Shown piece by piece: positions 1 through 9,342 of a stretch of DNA of 64,000 bases. Below the pieces are notes generated by a model that did not search any database, was not told the origin of the DNA, and was given only the letters and a program-made list of their open reading frames with translations. This DNA is from Thermoplasmata archaeon (GTDB taxonomy: Archaea > Thermoplasmatota > Thermoplasmata > Lutacidiplasmatales > UBA184): the NCBI GenBank assembly GCA_035502475.1, contig DATJUJ010000001.1:27907-91906 (forward strand). Direction: 5' to 3'. Position 1 is the stretch's first letter; each line of letters begins with the position of its first letter. The position numbers and the translations under genes are program-made.

Positions 1-769
1 AACCCGTCATCGCCGCGCTCAGGCGGGCCCACGCGACGACGCCCTGCTGGCCGGAGAACAGGCGTCGGTGGCGGTAGCGCCCCCACAGACTGCCGTGCTT
101 CTCGGTGAGCTGCTTTCTGCCGTAGCCGTTCCAGAACGCCTGGTACACGAACCGCACGAAGTTGCCCCGGGCCTGGTGGTAGACGACCGCCTGGGGCGCG
201 TACCGGATCGACGCGCCCGAACGGACCGCCCGGAGGTTGAGGTCGATGTCCTCCGCGGTGATGAAGCGGGGGTCGAACCCGCCCAGGCGGTCGAACAGGG
301 CGCGTTGGTAGGCGAGGTTGCAGGACGGGTACGTCACGTCGTAGCCGCTCTGGAACAGCTCGACGCGCTGGAGGCGCCCATACCGGGCCGGGCCCACGAC
401 GACGGTCTGGCCCGCGACCACCGGCGCGTCGGCGAGCCCGAGACGCAGGTGGTGGACCCACTGCGAGTCGGCGATGCAGTCCCCGTCGATGAACGCGACG
501 GCGGCTCCCCGGGCCCGGCGCACGCCCGCGTTCCGGCCGATCCCGCGCGACCCCGGCTGCGAGTAGGCCCGGAAGATCCCGGGCTGCCGCCGGGCATACT
601 CCTGGGCGATGGCGAGGGTGCGGTCCCGACTCTCGGACTCGACGACGATGACCTCGAACGGCGCTTCCTGCGGGACCAGGCTCTCGAGGAGCGCCGCGAG
701 GTGCTGCGCTTCGTTGCGGACGGTGATGACGACCGAGATCAGGGGGCGCGAGGCGACGTCACTTCCCAA
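1..769 (-). CDS. Glycosyltransferase family 2 (GT-A); C-terminus runs off the window
   Basis: Absent from the ORF track because there is no stop in the window. The minus frame from TTG at 769 reads MGSDVASRPLISVVITVRNEAQHL...AFIDGDCIADSQW...ITAEDIDLNLR...YHQARGNF. This is a typical GT2 N-terminus with a DxD-like DGD. It overlaps the upstream PRC gene by 11 nt. Confidence 0.75.
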   Translation of the reverse strand, partial: MGSDVASRPLISVVITVRNEAQHLAALLESLVPQEAPFEVIVVESESRDRTLAIAQEYARRQPGIFRAYSQPGSRGIGRNAGVRRARGAAVAFIDGDCIADSQWVHHLRLGLADAPVVAGQTVVVGPARYGRLQRVELFQSGYDVTYPSCNLAYQRALFDRLGGFDPRFITAEDIDLNLRAVRSGASIRYAPQAVVYHQARGNFVRFVYQAFWNGYGRKQLTEKHGSLWGRYRHRRLFSGQQGVVAWARLSAAMTG

Positions 770-1001
770 TGTCCATCACGACGACGTCCTTCACCGCGCG
801 CATGCTCTTGAAGGGGAGCACGAGCCGGCCCGTCGCGTCGCTCTGGAACAGTCGCTGCTCGACGTCCTCGCTCGGGGTGACGAGCACGTGGGCGATGCCG
901 CCGGTGACCGTGTCGACGACGAAATTGTCGATGAGCCCGAGGATCTGGCCGTCGTTCGTCATGACCGTCTTGCCTCGGAGCTCGGTGAGGAACTTGCGCA
1001 T
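759..1001 (-). CDS. PRC-barrel domain protein
   Basis: 80 aa, MRKFLTELRGKTVMTNDGQILGLIDNFVVDTVTGGIAHVLV. This is the pattern of small archaeal PRC-barrel proteins. Confidence 0.7.
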   Translation of the reverse strand: MRKFLTELRGKTVMTNDGQILGLIDNFVVDTVTGGIAHVLVTPSEDVEQRLFQSDATGRLVLPFKSMRAVKDVVVMDIGK

Positions 1002-1036
1002 GGAGGGGGCCCTCGGCCGCCGATGGCGGGGAGCCG

Positions 1037-1044
1037 TATTTAAT
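1037..1044 (-). promoter_or_regulatory. Candidate TATA box (ATTAAATA on minus strand) for the PRC/GT2 transcript
   Basis: An A/T octamer in a GC-rich spacer, about 36-43 nt upstream of the ATG at 1001. Confidence 0.3.
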
Positions 1045-1134
1045 CGTTGGCGAGCACCGGCAGCGCGGACCCGCCGGTACCGGCGGTCGACGCGCCCGAC
1101 GCTCGCCGCGCGACGCGCGTCGGCTCCGCCACGC

Positions 1135-1140
1135 TTATAT
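1135..1140 (+). promoter_or_regulatory. Candidate TATA box (TTATAT) for the rpl18e-rpl13-rps9-rpoN operon
   Basis: The only A/T hexamer in the spacer. Its first base lies 34 nt upstream of the ATG at 1169, a spacing expected for a leaderless or near-leaderless archaeal mRNA. Confidence 0.4.
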
Positions 1141-1168
1141 CACGCACCCGGGTCGTGGGCGACCCGCC

Positions 1169-1534
1169 ATGGCCCCTCCCATTCGCAAGGAAAATTCCGA
1201 GCTCGTCCGCGTCGTGGTCGAGCTGCGCAAGGCGGCCCGCGCGCACCAGGCCCCCATCTGGGCGCGAGCCGCGGAGCGTCTCGAGCGGGCGCGCCACCAG
1301 ACGACGCCCGTGAACGTGGGCCACCTCGAGCGCCTCGTTGCCGCGGACGCGACGGTCGTGGTGCCGGGCAAGCTCCTCGCGGACGGTCGCCTCACCAAGG
1401 CGATCACCGTCGCCGCGTTCTCCTTCTCGGCCGGGGCCCGGCAGAAGATCCGGGCCGCGGGCGGCTCGGCGCTCTCGATCCCGGACCTCCTTCAGAACCG
1501 GCCCGACGGGGCGGGGGTGCGTCTCTTTGCCTGA
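1169..1534 (+). CDS. rpl18e: 50S ribosomal protein L18e
   Basis: 121 aa, MAPPIRKENSELVRVVVELRKAAR...VVVPGKLLADGRL. It sits in the conserved archaeal L18e-L13-S9-RpoN order. Confidence 0.9.
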   Translation: MAPPIRKENSELVRVVVELRKAARAHQAPIWARAAERLERARHQTTPVNVGHLERLVAADATVVVPGKLLADGRLTKAITVAAFSFSAGARQKIRAAGGSALSIPDLLQNRPDGAGVRLFA

Positions 1535-1547
1535 CGCGGCTCCCCCG

Positions 1548-1961
1548 GTGGTCGTCGACGCGAGCGGGCTCGTCCTGGGCCGCGCGGCGAGCGTGATCGC
1601 GAAGCGGCTCCTGAACGGCGAGTCGATCGTCGTCGTGAACGCGGAGCAGAGCGTCGTCACCGGCTCCCGGGCCGAGGTCATCGCCCACTACACGGCGGCA
1701 CGCGCACGCGGCTCGGTCCGCAGCGGGCCCCACTTCCCCCGGTACCCGGACCGCATCTTCCGGCGGACGGTCCGCGGCATGCTGCCGCACCTCAAGACCC
1801 GCGGCCGCCTCGCGCTCGACCGCCTCGAGGTCCACATCGGGGTGCCCGATGCGCTCCGGGGGGTCGCCGTCCAGTCGCTCGACGCGGCCCGGGCCCGCCC
1901 CACCGTGCGTCCGCCCATGACGCTCGCCGAGATCACGCGCCTCCTGGGAGCCCACGTATGA
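1548..1961 (+). CDS. rpl13: 50S ribosomal protein L13 (uL13)
   Basis: C-terminal part of track ORF 1338..1961: VVVDASGLVLGRAASVIAKRLLNGESIVVVNAEQSVVTG...FPRYPDRIFRRTVRGMLP. I chose the GTG start at 1548. TTG at 1527 is an alternative, and the upstream part of the ORF is R/P/S-rich shadow. Confidence 0.88.
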   Translation: MVVDASGLVLGRAASVIAKRLLNGESIVVVNAEQSVVTGSRAEVIAHYTAARARGSVRSGPHFPRYPDRIFRRTVRGMLPHLKTRGRLALDRLEVHIGVPDALRGVAVQSLDAARARPTVRPPMTLAEITRLLGAHV

Positions 1962-2365
1962 AGGCGCCCCAGATCGTCCAGGCGACGGGCAAGCGCAAGG
2001 CCGCGGTCGCGCGGGCGACCCTGCGCAAGGGCCAGGGCCGGGTGCGCGTCAACCAGCGCCCGCTCGAGCTGCTCGAGCCCGAGCTCGTCCGCCAGAAGAT
2101 CCAGGAGCCGCTCCTCATGGTCGGGGACCGCAGCCGCGTGCTCGACATCGACGTCGAGGTGCGGGGCGGGGGCATCGTCGGCCAGGCGTCGGCCGCCCGG
2201 ACGGCGGTCGCCCGCGGCCTGCTCGACTGGCTGAAGGACGACGCCCTGCGCGAGACGTTCAAGCACTACGACCGTTCGCTGCTCGTGAACGACCCGCGGC
2301 GCAAGCTCCCGAAGCGCCCCGGAGGCCGCGGGGCCCGCGCCCGCCGCCAGAAGTCGTACCGTTAG
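1958..2365 (+). CDS. rps9: 30S ribosomal protein S9 (uS9)
   Basis: 135 aa, GKRKAAVARATLRKGQGRVRVN...GGGIVGQASAARTAVARGL...ARRQKSYR. ATGA overlap with the rpl13 stop. Confidence 0.93.
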   Translation: MKAPQIVQATGKRKAAVARATLRKGQGRVRVNQRPLELLEPELVRQKIQEPLLMVGDRSRVLDIDVEVRGGGIVGQASAARTAVARGLLDWLKDDALRETFKHYDRSLLVNDPRRKLPKRPGGRGARARRQKSYR

Positions 2366-2388
2366 CGGACGGCGAGAGGTCCCGATCC

Positions 2389-2586
2389 ATGACGATGATG
2401 ATACCGGTCCGCTGCTTCACCTGCGGGGCCGTGATCGGCCAACACTGGGACGAGTACCGCGAGCGCACGACGCGCGGCGAGCCGGCGGGTCAGGTGCTCG
2501 ACGCGCTCGGCCTGCACCGCTACTGCTGCCGCCGGATGCTGCTCACCCACGTCGACCTCCTCGATGAGGTCGGACCGTACGGCTGA
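2389..2586 (+). CDS. rpoN: DNA-directed RNA polymerase subunit N (Rpo10)
   Basis: 65 aa, MIPVRCFTCGAVIG...LGLHRYCCRRMLLTHVDL. Carries the Rpo10 zinc motif. Confidence 0.92.
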   Translation: MTMMIPVRCFTCGAVIGQHWDEYRERTTRGEPAGQVLDALGLHRYCCRRMLLTHVDLLDEVGPYG

Positions 2587-2626
2587 GCGCGCGTCCGTTC
2601 TCCGCGGGCGGGTCGAAGCGCGCAAG

Positions 2627-2641
2627 CCCCCGGTTCGGGGG
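2627..2641. terminator. Short GC hairpin between convergent genes (CCCCCG-GTT-CGGGGG)
   Basis: Perfect 6-bp inverted repeat between the rpoN stop (2586) and the stop of the surface protein gene (2680). There is no oligo-T tract, so a terminator role is speculative. Confidence 0.2.
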
Positions 2642-2679
2642 AAGGGGTTCTCGGCTCGCGGCGCGCGCGGCCGGGTCGG

Positions 2680-5600
2680 CTAGGCGTCGTCGTCCTCGTC
2701 GTCGGAGGAGCTCTTCGCCGTAGAGCTGCTGCCGCGCTCGAGACCGCTCTTGCTGCGCGTCGGGCGGGCCGTGGTGGCGCGCCCGCGGCGGCGGTACCAG
2801 AAGACGATCAGCACGATGACGATCACGACCGCGGCACCGATGGCGACGTACTCGAGCAGCTGCGTCACGGGGTTCGGGTTGACCGTGATCGACTGCGAGA
2901 CCGTCTGCGGACCGGAGTTGTAGTTCGCCGCGAACTCGTTCTGGGCCGACGCGTTCGCGTAGAGGATGTAGTTGCCGCTCGTCCCCGGGTTCCACGAGAT
3001 CTCGGCGCGGACCGTCTTGTTCCACGCCAGCGACGGGATCGAGCCGGTCGCGAACGGCGTGCTCGACACCACCCCGCCCGAGTAGTTGTAGAACTGGACC
3101 GAGCCCGGCGAACCGCCGATGTAGTTGGGGCTGCCGGTCCCGCTCGGCGAGAGCAGGTAGAACGCCACGGTGAGGCCCTTCGCGACCGCGCTCGAGCCCT
3201 GGGCGGCGCCGACCGTCACGTTGACCCAGATCGTGCTCGAGTGTCCGACGGTGAACGTCGTGGGCGCGTTCAGGTTCGACGACGAGAGGATCGGTCGCGC
3301 GGTCGCGTTCGGCGACACCGAGAACGTCTGGTTCGTGTAGGCCGAGTTGCCTGCGCGGTCCCAGACGGTCAGGTTGACCGTGTAGGGGGTCGACTGAGGC
3401 GGCAGCCAGAACACGGGGTACGGGCGGACCGTCGTGACGTTCGTGTTGTACTGGACCGAGGAGTTCTTCGAGTTCGTGATGTGCCAGTAGTACTTCACGA
3501 TCGAGCCGTTGTGCGGGTCGGTCGCGTTCGCCCCGTTGAGCGAGATCAACGCCGTGAAGTTGCTGCCCTCCACGACGCCGGCCCCGGTGATCGGCTTCCC
3601 GTTCGATCCCAGGATCTGGAACGCGGGCGTTGGCTTCTCGGTGTCGTTGACCAGCACGACGACCGTCGTGCTCGCGGACTGCCCCGTCCCGTCCCAGACG
3701 GTGAGCGTGACGTTGTACTGCCAGCCCAGGAACGGGATGGCGGTGCCCGCGACGACCCCGTTCGAGAGGTAGGGGCCCGCCCCGAGGAACTGGAACGGAT
3801 AGTTGGTGGAGACGTTCGCGCCGGCGCTCGCCGTGAAGTTCGAGCCGGTGAACTTGAATCCGCGTCCCGACACGGTGTACGAGGCGACCGAGATCACGTT
3901 CGGGATCGGGGCGCCCGGGGCGATCTGCGCCCGGCTGGGCGTCGAGTTGAACAGCAACGTCGACGACCAATTCACCTGGTAGTAGGTCGTGCCGGCGATC
4001 ACCCGGGTCTGCGACGCGGTCGCGTTGACCGCGAGACCGGCGGTCACCGGCCCCTGGGCGACCCAGACGTAGAAGGTCGTGTCGTTCGTCTCGCCGCCCG
4101 AGCTCGTGACCGTGAGCGTGCCGGTGTAGTTCGTGGCGCCGGTCGCCGTCGTGTAGATGTGGTAGGTGGTCGCGGTGGTGGTGGTGACGATCGGGCTCGA
4201 GTCCCCGAAGTTCCAGACGAACTTGGTGCCGTTGGTGCCGGCGGGGTACGTCGAGTTGAGTGCGCTGAAGGTGACGTTCTGGCCCACGCCCACGATGACC
4301 GTGTAGTTGTTGTGCGTCTGGTTGAGCACGTTCGCGTTCGAGAACGCGAAGTTGCGCACCGTGACGTTCACGTTCGCCGTGAGGGTCGCGTACTTCACGA
4401 TCGTGAACTTCGCGCTTCCGCTCGGCTGGGAGTACGGCTGGGAGACCAGCGTGAACTTCGTCCAGGTGTTGTCCGGCCCGCCCGCCACGAGTCGGGTGCC
4501 CGCCGGGGCCTGGGTGTCCGCGGCGAGGACGTAGCCGGCCGGCAGGTCGATGGTGTAGTTGAACACCTCCGCGGCCGTCGGGTGCTTGAAGTTGAACGAG
4601 ATCGCGTAGCTCGAGCTGTTGTACGCCACCGACTGGTTGAGCGCGTACGTCCCCGACCAGTCGAGCGTCAGGTTCGCGGCGCTGTTGAGCCCGCACGTCG
4701 CGGTGCAGGTCGAGGCGAACGAGGTGAGCCGCTCGGCGCTCGTCGGCGCGACGTAGAGCGAGCCGTTGATCGCGGTCGCCGCCTGCGCCACCGGGAAGAA
4801 CGGACCGGTCGAGTTGGCCCAGGCGTAGACCTCGGAGAGGTCGGAGGCCGGGAAGACGGTGCCGTGCGCGTAGTCGAGCGCGAGCTGGCCCCAGAGCTGC
4901 CCGACCGAGGCGTTCGCGAGGTCCGGGAAGACCGTGTCGTTCCCGAGGTTCGCGATCGTGGAGACCGAGAGCGTGCCGTTGCCGACCGCCGGATCGAACG
5001 CCGAGAAGTTGAGCGTCGTCAGGTACTGGCCGAGCTCGTTCCACCCGACCGTCGGGACCAGGACGTTCCGGGTCACGGGCGTCGCGCTCGAGACGTTGAG
5101 CGCGTACCAGCTCGACTGGTAGCCGATCGACGAGAGGATCACGTCGAACGGTTGCGTGCCGCTCGTGAAGTTCGCGGGGTACGTGCCGGCGGCATAGTAG
5201 CCGCCCGGAGGCGTGGGGGCCGAGTAGATGTAGCCGTTCAAGGGGTCGTAGAGCGTCACGTTCCCGGCGGTCGGGACGTGCGCGCCCGGGCTCGAGGCCT
5301 GGTTCGAGTAGCCCGAGACCAGGTAGCTCGAGACGTTGGTCCAGAGCGTCAGGCTCTGGTGCTTCGTCAGCGAGACCGCGGTGTAGTTGTAGGCGTTGGT
5401 GGGGCCGGGGAGCTCCGTCTCGAGCACCCACGAGCCGGCCGGGACGGTCATGACGTACGCCCCGCCCGCGGTCGTGTTGTTCTGGGCGAGGACGAGGCTG
5501 CCGAACGTCGGGTCGAGCAGGTAGAGGTGGGCGCCGACCTGCGGCACCCCGGCTTCCAGCACCTTGCCGGTGAGGGTCGCCGTGTACGGGATCACCGTGA

Positions 5601-6042
5601 CGTTCGTCACGTACGACGGATAGAGCGCCGTCGTGAGGGCCGAGCTGTTCACGTAGCCGAAGCTCGGGCCGACCGACTGCGGCAGGATCGCGCACGGCTT
5701 GCAGCTCGGGACGCTGATGTTCGCCTGCGCCGGCACGGAGACGCCCCAGTAGCCCGGCGCGAGGGTCCCGGCGGTGTTGGCGCTCGTGAACGTGAACTGA
5801 CCGCCGCCCCCGACCACGGCCGTGGAGTAGACCGTGCCCGTGGCGCGCGACTCGAGATCGACCTGCACGCCGGCCGGAACGGGGGGCGGAGAGGATCCGC
5901 CCGGCTGTTCCGCATAGCCGGTCAGCGTGTAGGTGGACGAGGCGGCCTGGGCCCCCGAGACCGACGCCAGTGTGGCCACCAGCATCAGGATCACGACGGC
6001 CCACAGGGCGGGTCGAATCAGGCTCCGAACCAACTGTTTCAC
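2680..6042 (-). CDS. Large secreted surface glycoprotein with PKD-like repeats and a C-terminal TM anchor (S-layer candidate)
   Basis: 1120 aa. Signal peptide: MKQLVRSLIRPALWAVVILMLVATLASVSGAQA. PKD-like signatures: FVWNFGDSSP...LTVTSSGG, LTVWDGTGQS, LTVWDRAGNS. Roughly 45 N-x-S/T sequons by eye. C-terminal helix VAIGAAVVIVIVLIVFWY, then a charged tail ending DDEDDDA. Confidence 0.8.
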   Translation of the reverse strand: MKQLVRSLIRPALWAVVILMLVATLASVSGAQAASSTYTLTGYAEQPGGSSPPPVPAGVQVDLESRATGTVYSTAVVGGGGQFTFTSANTAGTLAPGYWGVSVPAQANISVPSCKPCAILPQSVGPSFGYVNSSALTTALYPSYVTNVTVIPYTATLTGKVLEAGVPQVGAHLYLLDPTFGSLVLAQNNTTAGGAYVMTVPAGSWVLETELPGPTNAYNYTAVSLTKHQSLTLWTNVSSYLVSGYSNQASSPGAHVPTAGNVTLYDPLNGYIYSAPTPPGGYYAAGTYPANFTSGTQPFDVILSSIGYQSSWYALNVSSATPVTRNVLVPTVGWNELGQYLTTLNFSAFDPAVGNGTLSVSTIANLGNDTVFPDLANASVGQLWGQLALDYAHGTVFPASDLSEVYAWANSTGPFFPVAQAATAINGSLYVAPTSAERLTSFASTCTATCGLNSAANLTLDWSGTYALNQSVAYNSSSYAISFNFKHPTAAEVFNYTIDLPAGYVLAADTQAPAGTRLVAGGPDNTWTKFTLVSQPYSQPSGSAKFTIVKYATLTANVNVTVRNFAFSNANVLNQTHNNYTVIVGVGQNVTFSALNSTYPAGTNGTKFVWNFGDSSPIVTTTTATTYHIYTTATGATNYTGTLTVTSSGGETNDTTFYVWVAQGPVTAGLAVNATASQTRVIAGTTYYQVNWSSTLLFNSTPSRAQIAPGAPIPNVISVASYTVSGRGFKFTGSNFTASAGANVSTNYPFQFLGAGPYLSNGVVAGTAIPFLGWQYNVTLTVWDGTGQSASTTVVVLVNDTEKPTPAFQILGSNGKPITGAGVVEGSNFTALISLNGANATDPHNGSIVKYYWHITNSKNSSVQYNTNVTTVRPYPVFWLPPQSTPYTVNLTVWDRAGNSAYTNQTFSVSPNATARPILSSSNLNAPTTFTVGHSSTIWVNVTVGAAQGSSAVAKGLTVAFYLLSPSGTGSPNYIGGSPGSVQFYNYSGGVVSSTPFATGSIPSLAWNKTVRAEISWNPGTSGNYILYANASAQNEFAANYNSGPQTVSQSITVNPNPVTQLLEYVAIGAAVVIVIVLIVFWYRRRGRATTARPTRSKSGLERGSSSTAKSSSDDEDDDA

Positions 6043-6100
6043 GTCTCCCGTACGGTGTCCCCGAGGAGGGGGGGCGGCGCGCCGAACTTGGCCCCGCTAC

Positions 6101-6106
6101 TTATAG
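6101..6106 (-). promoter_or_regulatory. Candidate TATA box (CTATAA on minus strand) for the surface glycoprotein gene
   Basis: A/T hexamer about 60 nt upstream of the GTG start at 6042, implying a 5' UTR of about 35 nt. Confidence 0.3.
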
Positions 6107-6148
6107 CTTGCCCGGCCGTTTCTCCGAGGAGAGGAACGCCCCGGCCCG

Positions 6149-8374
6149 CTACCGGTAAATCCCCTGGACCGACTCCGCCGGACGACGTCCGATCCGCTCG
6201 CGGAGCACGTGCTTTTCGAACTCTTCGTAGAAGCGCGCGTTCTCCGGATCGACGGACGCGTGGACCTGCTTCAACGCCGCGTCGAAGTGGGCCCGGGTCA
6301 CGCGCGACGCCTTGAGGTTCTCGCGGATCGCGGTGAGCCCGGCCTCCCGGCAGAGCGCGGCGAGGTCGCTGCCCACGTACCCTTCGGTCCGGGCGGCGAG
6401 GTCGTCCAGGTTGACGTCGTCCGCGAGCGGCATGCGGTGCGTGTGGACCTTGAGGATCTCCTTGCGCCCGGCGGCGTCGGGCGGCTCCACGTAGAGGAGC
6501 CGGTCGAAGCGACCGGTCCGCAGGAGGGCTTCGTCGATGATGTCGGGCCGGTTCGTCGCCGCGATCACGAGGACCCGCTCGAGCGTCTCGAGCCCGTCGA
6601 TCGACGTGAGCAGCTGGTTCACGATCCGCTCGGTGACCCCGCTCGACGTCTGGAGGCCGCGGCGGGGGGCGATCGAGTCGATCTCGTCGATGAAGACGAT
6701 CGACGGCGAGGCCTGCCGGGCCTTCTTGAAGATCATCCGGATCGCCTTCTCACTCTCGCCGACCCACTTGCTCATCACCTCGGGGCCCTTGACCGAGATG
6801 AAGTTCGCCTGGCTCTCGGTGGCGGCGGCCTTCGCGAGCAAGGTCTTGCCGACCCCGGGCGGTCCGTAGAGCAGGATGCCCCGCGGCGGGTCGATCCCGA
6901 TGTGCCGGTAGACCTGCGGGTTCTTGAACGGCAGCTCGACCGACTCCTCGAGGATCGCGCGGACCCGCGCGACGCCCCCGACCTCCTCCCATCGGGTCGT
7001 CGGCACCTCCACGGCGACGTCCCGCAGGCTCGACGGTTCGATCTGCTTCAACGCCCCGCGGAAGTCCTGCTCGGTGACCTTCATCCGCTCGAGCAGCGAG
7101 AGCGGGATCGGCTGGTCGAAGTCGATCTCGGGCAGGTAGCGGCGCAGCGCGCTCATCGCGGCCTCCCGGGCGAGCGACGACAGGTCGGCGCCGACGAACC
7201 CGTGGCTCTGCGCCGCGAGCTCCTTGAGGACGCGTTCCCGGTCCCGGTCCGTGCCCTCGATCGGCATCCCGCGGGTGTGGATCTGGAGGATCTCGAGGCG
7301 GCCCTCCATCGTCGGCACGCCGATCTCGATCTCCCGGTCGAAGCGGCCGGGGCGTCGCAGCGCGGGGTCGATCGCCTCCTCCCGGTTCGTGGCAGCGATG
7401 ACGATGACGTTCCCGCGGCCCGACAGGCCGTCCATGAGCGTGAGCAGCTGGGCGACGACGCGCCGTTCGACCTCGCCGACGACCTCGTCGCGGCGCGGGG
7501 CGATCGAGTCGAGCTCGTCGATGAAGATCACGCTGGGCGCGTTCTTCTCGGCCTCCTCGAACTTCTCGCGGAGCTCCTTCTCGCTCTCGCCGTAGTACTT
7601 CGAGATGATCTCGGGTCCCTGGATGCCGATGAAGTGGGCCCCGGCCTCGTTCGCGACGGCCTTGGCGATGAGAGTCTTCCCCGTGCCCGGCGGTCCGTAG
7701 AGCAGCACGCCCTTCGGCGGGGTGATCGCCAGCCGGTCGAACAGCTCGGGGTGCTTCAGCGGGAGCTCGATCATCTCGCGGACCCGCCCCAACTTCTCGG
7801 TGAGCCCGCCGATGTCCTCGTAGGAGACCCGCGGGGCCGCGACCTCGGTCTCGCTGACCGTCTCCTCCTTGATCGTGATCAGCGTCGACGGGGCGACCTG
7901 GACGATCCCCTTCGGCTGCGTGGCGACGACCATGAACGGCAGCGAGCCGCCCATCAGGAAGACGCCCGGGATCACGAAGACGTCGCCGCGCACGAACGGT
8001 CGGCGGGCGAGCGCCTTCGCGACGAAGCTCTCGAGGCCGGGACCGAGGTCCATGCGGGCCGAGCCCGCGTAGATCGGGGCGATGGTGATGGCGTCCGCGT
8101 TGGGGCAGTCGACGCGCTGGACCGACACGCGGTCCCCGATGCTCACGCCGGCGTTGCGTCGGACGACCGCCTCGATCCGGACGAGCGCCTTCCCCTCGTC
8201 GTCGGGTTGGGCCCGGCTCACGATCGCCGGGGTCGGCTTCCGGCCCCGGATCTCGACGATGTCGCCGAGGCCCACCTTGAGCCGCTGTCGGGTCTGGACG
8301 TCGAGGCGCGCCGTCCCGAGGCCGATGTCCTGCTGGAACGCCTCGGCCACCCGGAGGGTGATCGCCTCTCCCAT
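6149..8374 (-). CDS. cdc48: AAA+ ATPase Cdc48/VCP (two AAA domains)
   Basis: 741 aa. N-domain [25 protein letters not shown], two Walker A motifs (GPPGTGKTL and GPPGVGKTL), and DELDSIAP / DEIDSIAP. Confidence 0.95.
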   Translation of the reverse strand: MGEAITLRVAEAFQQDIGLGTARLDVQTRQRLKVGLGDIVEIRGRKPTPAIVSRAQPDDEGKALVRIEAVVRRNAGVSIGDRVSVQRVDCPNADAITIAPIYAGSARMDLGPGLESFVAKALARRPFVRGDVFVIPGVFLMGGSLPFMVVATQPKGIVQVAPSTLITIKEETVSETEVAAPRVSYEDIGGLTEKLGRVREMIELPLKHPELFDRLAITPPKGVLLYGPPGTGKTLIAKAVANEAGAHFIGIQGPEIISKYYGESEKELREKFEEAEKNAPSVIFIDELDSIAPRRDEVVGEVERRVVAQLLTLMDGLSGRGNVIVIAATNREEAIDPALRRPGRFDREIEIGVPTMEGRLEILQIHTRGMPIEGTDRDRERVLKELAAQSHGFVGADLSSLAREAAMSALRRYLPEIDFDQPIPLSLLERMKVTEQDFRGALKQIEPSSLRDVAVEVPTTRWEEVGGVARVRAILEESVELPFKNPQVYRHIGIDPPRGILLYGPPGVGKTLLAKAAATESQANFISVKGPEVMSKWVGESEKAIRMIFKKARQASPSIVFIDEIDSIAPRRGLQTSSGVTERIVNQLLTSIDGLETLERVLVIAATNRPDIIDEALLRTGRFDRLLYVEPPDAAGRKEILKVHTHRMPLADDVNLDDLAARTEGYVGSDLAALCREAGLTAIRENLKASRVTRAHFDAALKQVHASVDPENARFYEEFEKHVLRERIGRRPAESVQGIYR

Positions 8375-8401
8375 CGGCGGGGATTTGGACCTCGGGTCGG
8401 G

Positions 8402-8407
8402 TTAAAG
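8402..8407 (-). promoter_or_regulatory. Candidate TATA-like box (CTTTAA on minus strand) for cdc48, overlapping the DUF72 stop codon
   Basis: Its first base lies 33 nt upstream of the cdc48 ATG (8374). This is the same spacing as the other putative leaderless promoters in the window. Confidence 0.35.
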
Positions 8408-9259
8408 CTTCTCCGTTTCATCGCCGTCCCCGGGCGCGCCGTGGGGCCCCGGGGGCGCGGAATCGAGGGTCCGCTGGCCGGCGACCCGACCGGCCGCGCG
8501 GAGGTCGGGGGCCGGCTCGCCGAGCACCTGCGCGAGCTCGACGACGGTCCCCGGGCCGAAGCCCATGAAGTGGTTGTTCGCGTACGCGAAGATCGACGGG
8601 ATGGCGCGGCCCTCGTCCTCGAACCGGGCCCGCATCGCCTCCATCGGCTCGCGTCCGGCCCTTTGGACGCGGCCGAACTCCGTGAGCGCCCGATCGCCGA
8701 TGAACCGGGCGTACAGGAACGCGCCCGTGACCCAGGGCGGCGGCGACGTCTCGGGCACGACGGACCACACGAGCACCGCGCCGCGGCGGGCGAGCGCTTG
8801 CCGCGTCGCGTCGACCCACCACGAGCGATGCCGCAGCTCCACCGCGAGATCGTACGCGGCCGGGACGGCCTCGAGGAGCCGTTCCAACCGCTCGGCGCCC
8901 CGGTCGCGCCGGAACGACGGGGGGAACTGGAGGACCAGCGGGCCGAGCTTCCCCGACCGCCGCAGCGGCTCCAGGCTGCGGACGAACCCGTCGAGCCGCC
9001 CCGCGACGTCCCCGGCGGTCTCGTGCGTCACGTCGCGCGGGACCTTGAGGGAGAAGCGAAACCCGTCGGGGGTGCGGTCCGCCCATCGACGCACGAGGAA
9101 CGGGCCGGGGGCCCGGTAGAAGCTCGAGTCGACCTCGACCGTCCGGAACACGCGGGCGTACCGCTCCAGGAACTCCCCCGGGGGCGTGCCCGGCGCATAG
9201 AACGGGCCGACCCAATCGTCGTACGCCCAGCCCGAACAGCCGAGCCAGAACCGTCCCAT
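8402..9259 (-). CDS. DUF72 (UPF0759) family protein
   Basis: MGRFWLGCSGWAYDDWVGPFYAPG...FRFSLKVPRDVTH is the characteristic DUF72 N-terminus. I chose the start at the internal ATG 9259; the track ORF begins at 9301. Confidence 0.8.
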   Translation of the reverse strand: MGRFWLGCSGWAYDDWVGPFYAPGTPPGEFLERYARVFRTVEVDSSFYRAPGPFLVRRWADRTPDGFRFSLKVPRDVTHETAGDVAGRLDGFVRSLEPLRRSGKLGPLVLQFPPSFRRDRGAERLERLLEAVPAAYDLAVELRHRSWWVDATRQALARRGAVLVWSVVPETSPPPWVTGAFLYARFIGDRALTEFGRVQRAGREPMEAMRARFEDEGRAIPSIFAYANNHFMGFGPGTVVELAQVLGEPAPDLRAAGRVAGQRTLDSAPPGPHGAPGDGDETEKL

Positions 9260-9342
9260 CGCCCCGTCCCCGCGGTCCGCGGGCCCTGCGCCTCGCCTCA
9301 CGAGCGGAACCGAGATAACATGGGGCCCGCGTCGGACCGGCC

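Noticed and set aside
2543-6315. 1153-aa minus-strand and 1024-aa plus-strand ORFs overlapping the surface glycoprotein gene
   Set aside because: Their composition is dominated by R, G, D, P and H with no motifs. The 2680..6042 frame has a signal peptide, PKD-like repeats, sequons and a TM anchor.
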